Translations under genes and position numbers: made by a program
Shown: positions 54,071-64,000 of the stretch, piece after piece
Layout of the letters: each line of letters opens with the position of its first letter
How positions within the stretch are numbered: the stretch's first letter is position 1
From: Crassostrea angulata
Taxonomy: Eukaryota
Reading direction: 5' to 3'
Length of the DNA: 64,000 nt
Assembly: GCF_025612915.1 (NCBI RefSeq)
Contig: NC_069114.1
Coordinates: 49,578,639-49,642,638, forward strand
Notes under the pieces: generated by a model
Seen by the model: only the letters and a program-made list of their open reading frames with translations
Told to the model about the DNA's origin: nothing
Databases searched by the model: none

Positions 54071-55306
54071 AAATTGGGACAATTGCTTTTGAAAATGAGG
54101 ATCTTGGATTTTTTCATTTGATAGACCTTCAACATTCCACATACCCAACTTCAGAAAATCTGCATTACACTGTTTGGAGTGTTTTGAATATTTTTTCATA
54201 CTAAATTGAAATGAAAAGGGATACTGGAAAACCTTGCCGTTATGACATCAGGTAACTGTATGAAATACCAAGGCTCAAACTTGTACTCCATGATCTATAA
54301 TACTACTAAACAATTAACTGTATTTTATTTACTTGGAATTCAACACTTACTAGGCATATGAGATTCCAAAGTTTTATGATATCGAGATGTTTATATAGAT
54401 CATGTCAAAAACAGCCATGAGACACACAACAGAAAAGAGTATGTGGTAGGTAGATTCTGTGTCATGTGACCTTTATACAGATCATGTTATCGCAAAGAAC
54501 AACAACAACAATCAAATCTGGTAGAAAGAGTTTAATTTGAACTTGTAAATAAATATACATCTCTTTTTACATGTAAACAATACTTTATTTTATGAATACA
54601 ATAGATGTCTGAGAAATAAGCTAGGAAAATAAAACATTCCTATATATCTGCTTCTGGATGATCCCTGGGGTCTGGTCAGTGACGGTCACACGGAACAGCT
54701 GTCACATGATACAGGTGACCCAGTGTCCTCATACACACAAACAAAAAATTAAAACATCGCCTCAAAATAATACCACAGCTCAGCATGCATGGACAAATTA
54801 AGTCAAAGAATTACAAAATATAACATATTATTCTGAATTAAGTATGACAGAAAATCTCTGAACAAATCAACAAATTTAGAGAAAAAAAAATGAATTTGTG
54901 AGAAATTCTTCTTTAACACAACAAATAGTGGTATTTTCAGTCAACGATCATATATGCATGGATAAATGCTTTATACAAGACTAGAAAAATAAGAGTTACA
55001 ACATGTCGATTGAAAAAATATAGTTACAGATTTTAAAATTACAGATCTCACAAACTTTTAAAAAAAAACATCATAGGAACAGACAACAAAAGGAACATGC
55101 AAGTAAAAACATGAAAATGAAAAAAGGTATATTTATATACAGAATTAATTCAGAATAAAATAAAAATATATTCCAATCTTTAAAAAGTGAAACATTTGGG
55201 AAAGAACACAGATGAGCCACTCTTGAGAGACATTAAGGCCAAAGAAACCTTTCGTTTAGTTTCTCAGGCAGTGCAATGTCTATTCAATGCTGCAGTTCAT
55301 TATCTG

Positions 55307-55730
55307 CACTGGCGTCGGAAGCAAATTGTAAGTGGGGGGGCTAGACTAATCCTCTGAAATATTGAGAAAATAGTAATTCCCAAAACCATGGAAATCCTAA
55401 TCCTGGGGGGGGGGGGGGGGGGGGGGGGGGAGTATACCTATACTTCCCGTAAAAAAAAAATTTACTTACCCAAATTTTTTTTCTCCAAAAATCATGAAAT
55501 TTCCTATTCGTGGGGGGGAGGGGGGGGGGGGGGGGGGGTAGAATGCTTGTGAATCCAACTTTTCAATCTTTCAAGGTAAATTTAGAAACAATAATCTTTC
55601 CTGCGAGAAAAAGTGGGGGGGGGGGGGGGGGGCTGAACACTCTATATGCTATGTTTCTTTCTAATGGTAAGGTATAAATTTGCAAAAAAAAGTGGGGGGT
55701 CTAAGCCCCCCCTAGCCCCCCCCCCCCCCG

Positions 55731-55829
<99 letters not shown>

Positions 55830-55842
55830 TCCGACGCCTATG
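55307..55842. mobile_element. MITE copy 3 (536 bp), same family, TSD ATCTG; left TIR variant CACTGGCGTCGGAAGC; ~100-nt poly-C tract at 55727-55826
   Basis: TIR + TSD read directly; internal arms homologous to copy 2. Confidence 0.7.
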
Positions 55843-56931
55843 ATCTGAGAGAGGAATAATTTTTTTTTTTTTTTCATTTTTTGAACATGAGTTATTCCCC
55901 TTTTTGAAAGCTAAACCCGCCTGAGAAACTTAAGATTTTTTTGTTAAAGCAGAACCCAAAGAAATCTGACGAGGACTATATACTACCTAAATAATACAGG
56001 TTATTGTAACACTTGTTAACACGGTCAGGTTAAAGAAGTTGGATAACTAACTCTCATCGCGAAGTCTGCCATCTTCAGAGATGGAGGGTATATTAGTTTT
56101 ACTGCCCCCACTATATACATCACTTTGGCAAACATGGAATTTCTATTCTATCTATTCTATGCTAATTCTTTTGAGTAATGGGTCAAGTAATAGGGTAATT
56201 ATATGTACATATATTTTCAGGTTTTTTTATATTCCCCACCAAATTAGTTAATAATATATGTAATTTGTTGTTTACCACTACCCCTTTAAGAAGAAGGAAA
56301 ACTTATAAAAAAGTGAAACAAAAGAAAAATGAATGAATCTACAAAAGGAACTGAAACAGGGAGGCACAAAGCTCCGACATAAAATCTTCATTTCTTGAGT
56401 CAATACTTTCCTGAACTTTTGATACAATGCAATATAAAAACGCAGCAGTGACCAAGTACCGGTAACAAGATTATCTTCATCAAACCAAAAATATCACATA
56501 ACACGCAATGCTTGACAGTTTGAAATACATCACCTCTGTAACAGTAATTGATGCATACACTGACATGGGTGTATATATTTAAACAACTTAACGTGAAACT
56601 ATATAACACATCTTTTGGGGGTTACAAACTCAATATCCATTGAAATGGTTAAGAAATTATGAATATAAATATATACATACAGATAAATCTGAGTTATCAC
56701 AGAACTATATCACAGGCAGTTAGCACAATCCAGACCCAGTGATCATGCATGTTACAAAAGTTAGTAGGAAACTCCCACACACCATTTATTAGGGGACTTG
56801 TGATTGGTTGTATAATGTACATGATGAGACAATACACACAAAGACACAAGCAAGAGAGGACATCCCAAGAAAAAACATTGTGCAATTTCTTTCTGACCCC
56901 ATGCTTTAATCATGCTGCGCAAGGCAGCATT

Positions 56932-57066
56932 TTATTTGACAACATGCTTCCTGCTGGTCACGTAGTATAGACCCTGCTCTCTTGCTATCTGCCCTTGTAG
57001 ATCTAACATTCTGGTATCTTTTAACTGTAAGAGGTGTTCAAGGCGTCGAATTTTTGAATTGAGCAT
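56932..57066 (-). CDS. SPEF1: SPEF1-like C alternative terminal exon T3 (MLNSKIRRLEHLLQLKDTRMLDLQGQIAREQGLYYVTSRKHVVK*)
   Basis: tcatattttgtag acceptor; 135 nt incl. stop; closest to human SPEF1 C-terminus. Confidence 0.55.
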   Translation of the reverse strand: MLNSKIRRLEHLLQLKDTRMLDLQGQIAREQGLYYVTSRKHVVK

Positions 57067-57299
57067 CTACAAAATATGACATGAGAAAAAAAGGTGAACA
57101 TGCAATAGGTTCCCCTGATCCTAATAAAAAGAGGGCGGATGAATCAACCCAAAAACTGAACCAAACAAACAGCCTGGAAATTATGACAAGAAAGTGAAAG
57201 AAGAAACACAATGGAACTGAAATAAAAAAAAAAAAGAAAATTAGCAGAAGTGGTGTTAATAAAACAGAGGATGTTTATAAGGAAGGCACATGTTAGATA

Positions 57300-57434
57300 T
57301 TATCGTAAGAGGTTATTTCTAGCGGCCATATAATACAGCCTTTGCTCGCGCCCATATTGTCCTTGGAGTTCAAGAAGACGCGTATCTTTTAGCTGTATAA
57401 GGTGTTCTAATCGCCTGATTTTGGAATTCAGTAT
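57300..57434 (-). CDS. SPEF1: SPEF1-like C alternative terminal exon T2 (ILNSKIRRLEHLIQLKDTRLLELQGQYGREQRLYYMAARNNLLR*)
   Basis: ctttttttgtag acceptor; 135 nt incl. stop; close match to human SPEF1 QMKVRRLEHLLQLKNVRIEDL. Confidence 0.55.
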   Translation of the reverse strand: MLNSKIRRLEHLIQLKDTRLLELQGQYGREQRLYYMAARNNLLR

Positions 57435-57741
57435 CTACAAAAAAGGAAAATTCTTGAGTTCATAAATACTTTTGTTCCTCCAGGGTATATAGATAATAGA
57501 TTATTTTTTTGTTTTGTTTGATTTTTCAAACAGATATCTGATATTGTTCATCTCAACTTGACAGCTGGTTCTGTCGGGCCCAAAATATTTTTCGAAACCC
57601 TTAAGCACGATGCTAGAAAAATTAAATTCATGAACTCAGTAACTATCCATTAGTTAGAAAGACTCAACAGGAAACAATAAATAAAAATGTTAATCGAGGG
57701 GGTATAGGTGGGAGCGGGGGGCAGGAAGTGCGGGGGTCAAA

Positions 57742-57876
57742 TTATCCCAGGTAGTGTCTCCGATTGGTCAGTCTTAACATTCTATAGTCATTGAATATAT
57801 CGTATTTCATGTCCGCTAGTCTCTCCTCCTTCAGTCTGTTAAGTTGCTCTAATCTCTTCACTTTAGTATTTAACAT
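57742..57876 (-). CDS. SPEF1: SPEF1-like C alternative terminal exon T1 (MLNTKVKRLEQLNRLKEERLADMKYDIFNDYRMLRLTNRRHYLG*)
   Basis: ttattttgtag acceptor; 135 nt incl. stop; coiled-coil KxxRLEQL. Confidence 0.5.
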   Translation of the reverse strand: MLNTKVKRLEQLNRLKEERLADMKYDIFNDYRMLRLTNRRHYLG

Positions 57877-58370
57877 CTACAAAATAATCCAATATTTCTA
57901 CAAACATTTGAAGCAGTTGTTTGTGATTGGCTCTACAGACTACATATTATCAGTGCTAGACAACACGCTACTAAGGTTTGTGTACAGACAGTGAAAGGAG
58001 AGGGAGCTTAATCACTGTAGCTCCGGAAAATATCTCATCCATTGAATGGAAACTCAGTTGTTAGCAATGACACTACATAGTTTATACATGTATATCTACA
58101 TGTCTCGATTCATTACCAGGCTGTGATTTAGCATTAGTTTTTCTTTGGGGCGGGGGTGGGGTGGAGGTAACTTGTGGTCTTATCATCACAAAATTCATAC
58201 TCTGATTCTTTTTTCACAAACTTGAAATGAAAAGAGTATCATTAATCTATTTAATATTATTGAGTTGATAGTACAATTAAACACAAACAAGAGCGTAAAT
58301 TGAAATCAGAAAAAGGTACCAACCAAAAAGTTTTTTTTAGTTTTTATCCAACAAAGTCAAAAGGTTGTGG

Positions 58371-58829
58371 CTTAAGGTCAGACGACACGTTCCTCAATTT
58401 AAGATAACTTTTTCCAGGAATTTGTTAATGGTTTACTACTACCTGGACAAGCTTTCTTGCAAAAAATTAGGGTACCTTACCAGGCATTTCTGCAACATAC
58501 TAGAGTATGCAATATCCTACATAATCTTCTTGAAAATACATTTGAATTGCTGATATAAAAATAAATACTTCTCTAGCACAGTGAAATTCACTATATTAGA
58601 ACAATATCTCTGCCGGAGCGGGGCTTTGAACTCATGACCTCTAGCACCTATACGCTTTTGGCAGTGAGCGGCCACGGTTCTAACCACTCGACCATCTAGA
58701 CATATAACCAAATCCAAGTAAATTTTGATCATTTTTAAAGTAATTATAAAATTAGTATTTTTTATTGGAACTGTTTATTACGAGGAGATACAAAAAAGAT
58801 TTTTGAGGAACGTGTCGTCTGACCTTAAG
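58371..58829. mobile_element. TIR element (459 bp) with 27-bp perfect TIR cttaaggtcagacgacacgttcctcaa carrying a tRNA-derived core
   Basis: TIRs at 58371-58397 and 58803-58829 are exact reverse complements; TTAA at both termini. Confidence 0.55.
58608..58700 (-). other. tRNA-derived sequence (box A TCGAGTGGTTAG, box B GAGTTCAAAGCCC); not foldable as intact tRNA
   Basis: Pol III box A/B-like motifs on minus strand; acceptor stem cannot be paired. Confidence 0.3.
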
Positions 58830-59099
58830 TGGTGCACACTGATAGTAATGGAAACAGGTTCAAATCCTCAATTCCTCTTGATCTTAAAATCAGTAAAATT
58901 AGAAAACTTTGTGATATACTTGTACTTATTTGACAACCTTTGTTGAAGTAATTTATAACTAATCAATATACAAAATGCTCCAAGCCAACAGAATATAGGA
59001 TACAGTCTTATACCAAAAGATAAGGAGTAATGAAATTGGATGAATTAGGAAATTTCTGATGATTCAAAAATATGCCTACATCTGGGGCTGTGATTTACA

Positions 59100-59570
59100 A
59101 TACTGTAGAATAGTAGATCAAAACAGACTGGGTGGAATCACACTGGTACATGTAATACCAACACAGTTATAGGACTAATCATATCTTATAGTACATGTAC
59201 TAACACAGTGTTGTAGGACTTAGCATACCTGGTAGTACTAACACAGTATTAGAAATAGGACTAATTATACTGATAGTACTAATGTACCAACCATAATAGA
59301 AGTAGTACTAACACTGTACATGTACTAGGACTGGTCATCATGGTAATACTAATACAGTTCTAAGACTGGTAGTACATGTACTAATATAGAACTAAGACTG
59401 GTCATACTGGTAGTACATTGTACTAATACAGTTCCGAGACTGATCATACTGGTCGTACTAATACAGTACAAGGACTGATTGTACTGGTAGTACTTTTAAA
59501 GTACTAGGACTGGTCATACTGGTAGAACTAATATAGTACCTGGACTAGTGCAGACTGGTGAAAGAGTGGA
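59100..59570. repeat. ~38-40-bp minisatellite (gtactaatacagt.c.a.gactggtcatactggta), ~11 units, in last intron of SPEF1-like C
   Basis: read directly. Confidence 0.7.
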
Positions 59571-59658
59571 ATAAAAATAGTGCTGCCCCAAGATTGGAAC
59601 ACTGGTCTACCAAACTTGCATAGCAGTTTCTGAGTGGGACAGAGATTTAGATAATTAC

Positions 59659-59788
59659 CCTGATTGTTTCGTCCTTGGCCATACATTCCATCTCTTTCTC
59701 CTCTAGGTAGCTACGTGGGACATTGTCGGAGGTAGGGTAAATGTAGATCGCTGGGTCAAAGTATCCCTTACCCTCAAAATGGTAGGAG
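59659..59788 (-). CDS. SPEF1: SPEF1-like C penultimate exon (SYHFEGKGYFDPAIYIYPTSDNVPRSYLEEKEMECMAKDETIR), 130 nt
   Basis: ttgcag acceptor, AGG|gtaatt donor; same size/phase as exon 5 of paralog B; ..EEKxxExxAKDETI motif. Confidence 0.65.
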
Positions 59789-62700
59789 CTGCAACAGAGA
59801 CAAATTGTCATGGTAACACAGAGTCATCATTCTGTCAAATGTGGCCTGTTGCCATGGATGGCATCAGAGAAACTTTTATCACATTCAGTATACATATAGA
59901 TGCTTGGTGTCTGAGAAGTTTCAAATCTAAGAGATCTCATTCAGCTTTTGTAATCGAGGCTCAAAACTTTTTTATTGCGACATCATAGTATTACATACAT
60001 GAAAACCACTTTAATAGTAAGGACTTTTTTGCTTACCGGTAATTACTTTATCATTACAGCTGATCAACGTCTGACAACTATCACAATTATTATATACACA
60101 CACATCTGTAGTTCTTATTGTTAATTGTTCACTTCCACTAAACAATATCATAACAGAGATTCAGAGTGAAAAGCAAGCATGTAATAATCTGTTAAACAAA
60201 GTTACCCTTAAATTACTCATCATCTAAGAAATACTCTGGTTACATGTGTGAAGGCTTTAAGCAGCTATGATAAGTGATCAAAAGTAGTCTCCCCTAAATT
60301 CCCTGTCGCAGGTGAAGCTCCGATTACATACAAGGGAGATAAGCCGTTAAGTGATCTGCGATTTTGATCCGACTACACGTGATCTTGTTCTAGAACTAAG
60401 AGATTGGAAGAAAGTGCTGGCCTACATACCCCATATCATTGGATCCACCCTTCGTTTTAACACCAATACTTCAAAACACGAGGTAAATGTTTCATAATAA
60501 ATTAACATAATACAAAGTAATGAGCAATGAGTATCTTAATATAGGAATTATTCCTTATTGCTCAAGTACATGTAAAAAGTACACTGTACAATGTTAAGTA
60601 CAACGGATCATTCAATTATCATAAAATAATCATAACTTATTTATTTTTGTTATTATGTACTTATTTTAAGTGCAAAGTTGACGTACTTTTTATTGCAGTT
60701 GACATGTTAATGCAGCACACAGCATGTTTTATAGTTTGCATATTAACTGGTAAGCTAAGCTTTCAACCGTATTTATTGGCATAACAACTACATGTACTTT
60801 AGAGTTATTCAAAAGCATCAGTGTTTGGACTACTTTTAATGGTGTTCAGTCATTATACATTATAAATGTATAGTTTTAGATATTACTACTCATCATTTAT
60901 AAAGAGCTGCTGTCCTCTTTACTCTAGGCACCTATAATTTAGAAACTAATCCATGAGTTGCTTTGCCTGAACATTGCTGTCCATCCAAACTCTTCTTCAG
61001 CATCATTGACAGATTGTTTATTGGTAGAGAAGAGGGTACAAACATTTCAAACCAAAGTTTGTGAAAATTGCATGTTGCCCTAACCCCTGTCAGTCTGTTA
61101 TTCCTTGCCTACAATAATGACCTTGACATGTAATAATCTGACCTTGAACCAAACAATGTATCAATTAATCGTAAGGGCGCTGGTAATACAAAGTAAGAAC
61201 AGACATTGTCTGGTACGACACATGTATTGCATTCCTTTATCTATTACATCTAGAAGTCATTCCATTACCTCTAATTCATGCAATTTAGACTACATGTTCT
61301 ATAGATATATATCATATCTTTATTCATGCATTTAAATTTACTACTTTGACAAACTTTTAAGTTCTGTAAGGTCAGGGGCATGCAGATTATATTACACACC
61401 ACACACAACACTTACATCACAGCATGGTAACCATGGAAACACTCAAAATCCCCCTATCCTAAAATACACCATTTCATCCCTCAAAAATCTCTCAATTTTA
61501 CTGTTTTTAAACTTGATTGATTTATTTATAAACATCCACCTTTGGTGTTAACAATCCATAGTCATATTGTTGAGAAACAAACCTAAATTTTATACCTTGG
61601 TCGTCCCCAGAAATCGTATATCCTGGGGAGATGTGATTCTAGTTTTATTTCTGCAATACTGAAACAATACACATTGGTGTTACTGTTAATCAAATCACAT
61701 CATATGCCAGTGAAGGCAGATAACAACGCCACATAAACATAAAATGTAAAACCCAGGACTGTCACCTCAGTAATTCTGGCGTGTATTCAGCATCAAACAG
61801 ATAACTGAAAAAGAAGCCCTACAGTGATTGAGGAGGGGTGCCCAAGCCTTATAAAGATTGTAAAGGGAATTATAGTATAAAATCTATAACACTGCATTGT
61901 ATCAATAATCAGCTAAATGTCTTTATAAATCAGTACAGCATACACTTTAGAAAGTGAGCTAGTGCATCGTTAGCTGGGGGTTATGATATAACTACGGTGT
62001 TAAGACCTAACTATTTAAATACTCAACTTTTACCGTAAACTACATTTGAAATAATAACTTCAAATCATTAGAAACATTATATTTAAAATACATAAACAAG
62101 GAACCAAATCTACTCATCTCAATGACTCTTACTTTATATGGTAATTATTATACACTAATTAACTCTAAGGGTTAAATTATGCTAACCCTATAACACAGAG
62201 AGTACTGTCCTTCTCAAATAATAATTGCTAAATCATCCTTTTCACCCATTTTGTTATATGAACATTCAAGTATAAAATTCATTTTATCATCTGCTTTACA
62301 AGTGAACTTCTTATTTATAATGAACTTTCTTTAAAAGAAGAAATCAATGGGAAAATTTTTATTTGATTTTGTAAAATATCTCTCCTCTTTCATAAATTTC
62401 AAATTTCTACTCTACATTTAAATGAATGCAGACAAAATATTTGTTCATATAAGACAGGTACATACTGAAAAGCTCCCAGTTATGAAAAGAATCATAGTCA
62501 TATACACATATTAGTTACGTAGGTTATAGATGTGCCAACAGAAAGCAAAGGTGGAGGGGTAACACTAAATATCGTGTGAGCAAATGTTTACTGAGAGCTA
62601 ATTTACTGATCAAGTCATTACCTAAGAAGTTGTTTGTTCTTTTGCCTACAGATAATATTCAGAGGGTACAGGTATAGATGTAAGAACAAAGGTACAGAAT

Positions 62701-63292
62701 AAAAATTAAACAATACTGACATGCGACCAGTTCTCGCCAAGTACCATTTCTCGCCAGTGCATCAATAATCATATTTCTTCATTTGTAGTTTTTTGTGTGA
62801 ACAAAATGACGTAACAATGCACAGGTGAGAAATGGTTCTCTGCAAGAACTGGTCACATGCTAGTATAGTTTCATCAAAGTTCAAGATTCAGTTCAAGATT
62901 GAGATCAAAATCCAACTGGACAATAATTTTCAGAACATAGATGTTTCTACAGGGGGTGAAGCAAAAAAACAAGCATGTAAACTTTCTTCTTTGTCTTTAA
63001 AATGTTTAAGCCAATGAATAAGCTCTATTTGTATCAGATCAAAAAAAACATGTCATTTTATAATTTTTCTATAAAGATCAAGATTATTCTGGTTGAAGCA
63101 ATTTGCAGCTGCCAAAGTTGGTTGGGTTCATATCTTTAATTATCTAATAATGTCTTTCCTGTGAATGATATGATCAGCACAGATAAACTGTAAACCTGCA
63201 TGAGTGTACTGATAAAGTCCTACATGTACATGTTGCCCGATACTGTGCTTATGCCATTGTACTGTCCCGGGCAGACTACGCTGCATACTTAC

Positions 63293-63395
63293 GATCTGTC
63301 AGGGTGATTGTGAGGGATTTCTCCTTTTCCCAGTTTCCGTGGAGATGAAAGTTTGCCTGGAGATGACCTTCCAGTTTTTACTGGAACTAATGCCT
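63293..63395 (-). CDS. SPEF1: SPEF1-like paralog C, linker exon (..ALVPVKTGRSSPGKLSSPRKLGKGEIPHNHPDR..); upstream exons lie beyond window end
   Basis: tttctttcag acceptor, TC|gtaagt donor; only one open frame; S/P/G/K-rich like exon 4 of paralogs A/B. Confidence 0.45.
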
Positions 63396-64000
63396 CTGAA
63401 AGAAACAATTTTTTCTTCCATTACACATCAAATTCTGAAGAAAAAGTTCTACAGTGATTTTTTAAGCTATATACAGATTGAAATTTGTTAGTTGCAATTT
63501 CTTAGAAAGCTTGATTGGAAACGCTCTAGTGCCCATGCAGTTATTGATTTTCTTGCTGAATTTTATACCTTGACATGGTTTTAAATATTATATATATAAA
63601 ACTTTAACATAAAAAGAATAAAACTGTTAAATTTCATCTAGGAGAATAGTACATTGCCCTGAATGTTTGTTTTGGAAATCACATATTTATCGATAACAGT
63701 ATTTTTAACTTCAGTACATGTATTTAAAATATCTTTCTGTGTAGTGGTTACCAGATTTTAAATTTTATTTCAAGTCCTTTAGATAATCATTATTTTCAAG
63801 GTTTCAATCTTCAAGTATACTTATTAAATAGATACTTATTGAAATGATTCTGCAAGTTTCTTTGATTAAACCTTCCTGAAATTATTGAAGAAAATGGAGC
63901 GCACCCATTACTTGAGATTCCTTATATCAATGTGTGGCCTTCACAAGGGAAATTTAAACTCCTAATTCAATGTAAGCAAGTAAACACAAAGGCCATTACA

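Noticed and set aside
55646-55843. ORF encoding ~40 consecutive prolines
   Set aside because: Translation of the poly-C tract inside MITE copy 3; not a gene.
58608-58700. Genuine tRNA gene
   Set aside because: Box A/B present but no 7-bp acceptor stem can be formed and the D-arm is imperfect; more likely a tRNA-derived SINE/MITE core.

Overview
This is metazoan nuclear DNA. It has GT-AG introns and is rich in transposons and satellites. The repeat content suggests a lophotrochozoan or bivalve genome; the species is not asserted. All coordinates were derived by hand and may be off by a few bases.

Genes, left to right:
- 326-10962 (+): the 3' half of a NALCN sodium-leak-channel gene (16 exons covering the domain III pore to the stop). 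The domain III selectivity-filter residue is E (LEGW), not the vertebrate K.
- 14073-18149 (-): an SLC23 / nucleobase-ascorbate transporter (SVCT-like) gene, at least 10 exons.
- A cluster of three SPEF1/CLAMP-like genes (CH domain plus a C-terminal coiled coil). Paralog A (27031-38625, minus) and paralog B (39149-45472, plus) are head-to-head across a 520-bp intergenic region. Paralog C is partial (56932-63395, minus).

Striking gene structure:
- Both A and B carry a tandem-duplicated 112-nt exon 2, which must be mutually exclusive. Orthologous pairing of the copies implies the exon duplication predates the gene duplication.
- Paralog C has three tandem 135-nt alternative terminal exons, each with its own acceptor and stop.
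- At least six exon-intron junctions in three unrelated genes have been tandemly duplicated into the adjacent intron. One of these has become a 28-copy, 42-bp minisatellite in which every unit carries a donor-like AAG|GTAGGG.

Mobile and repetitive DNA:
- A new-looking MITE family (TIR CATAGGCGTCGGAA, 5-bp target-site duplications, fold-back arms, G/C homopolymer tracts up to about 100 nt) in three copies. One copy is nested inside a Tc1-like TA-flanked element.
- Three Helentron/HINE-like composites with about 167-bp AAGCTT-containing satellite arrays. Two form an inverted pair 10 kb apart.
- A frameshifted LINE (APE endonuclease + RT + CCHC) at 50.5-54.1 kb.
- A 459-bp TIR element carrying a tRNA-derived core.
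- Several further mini- and microsatellites.

No prokaryotic-type system is present.
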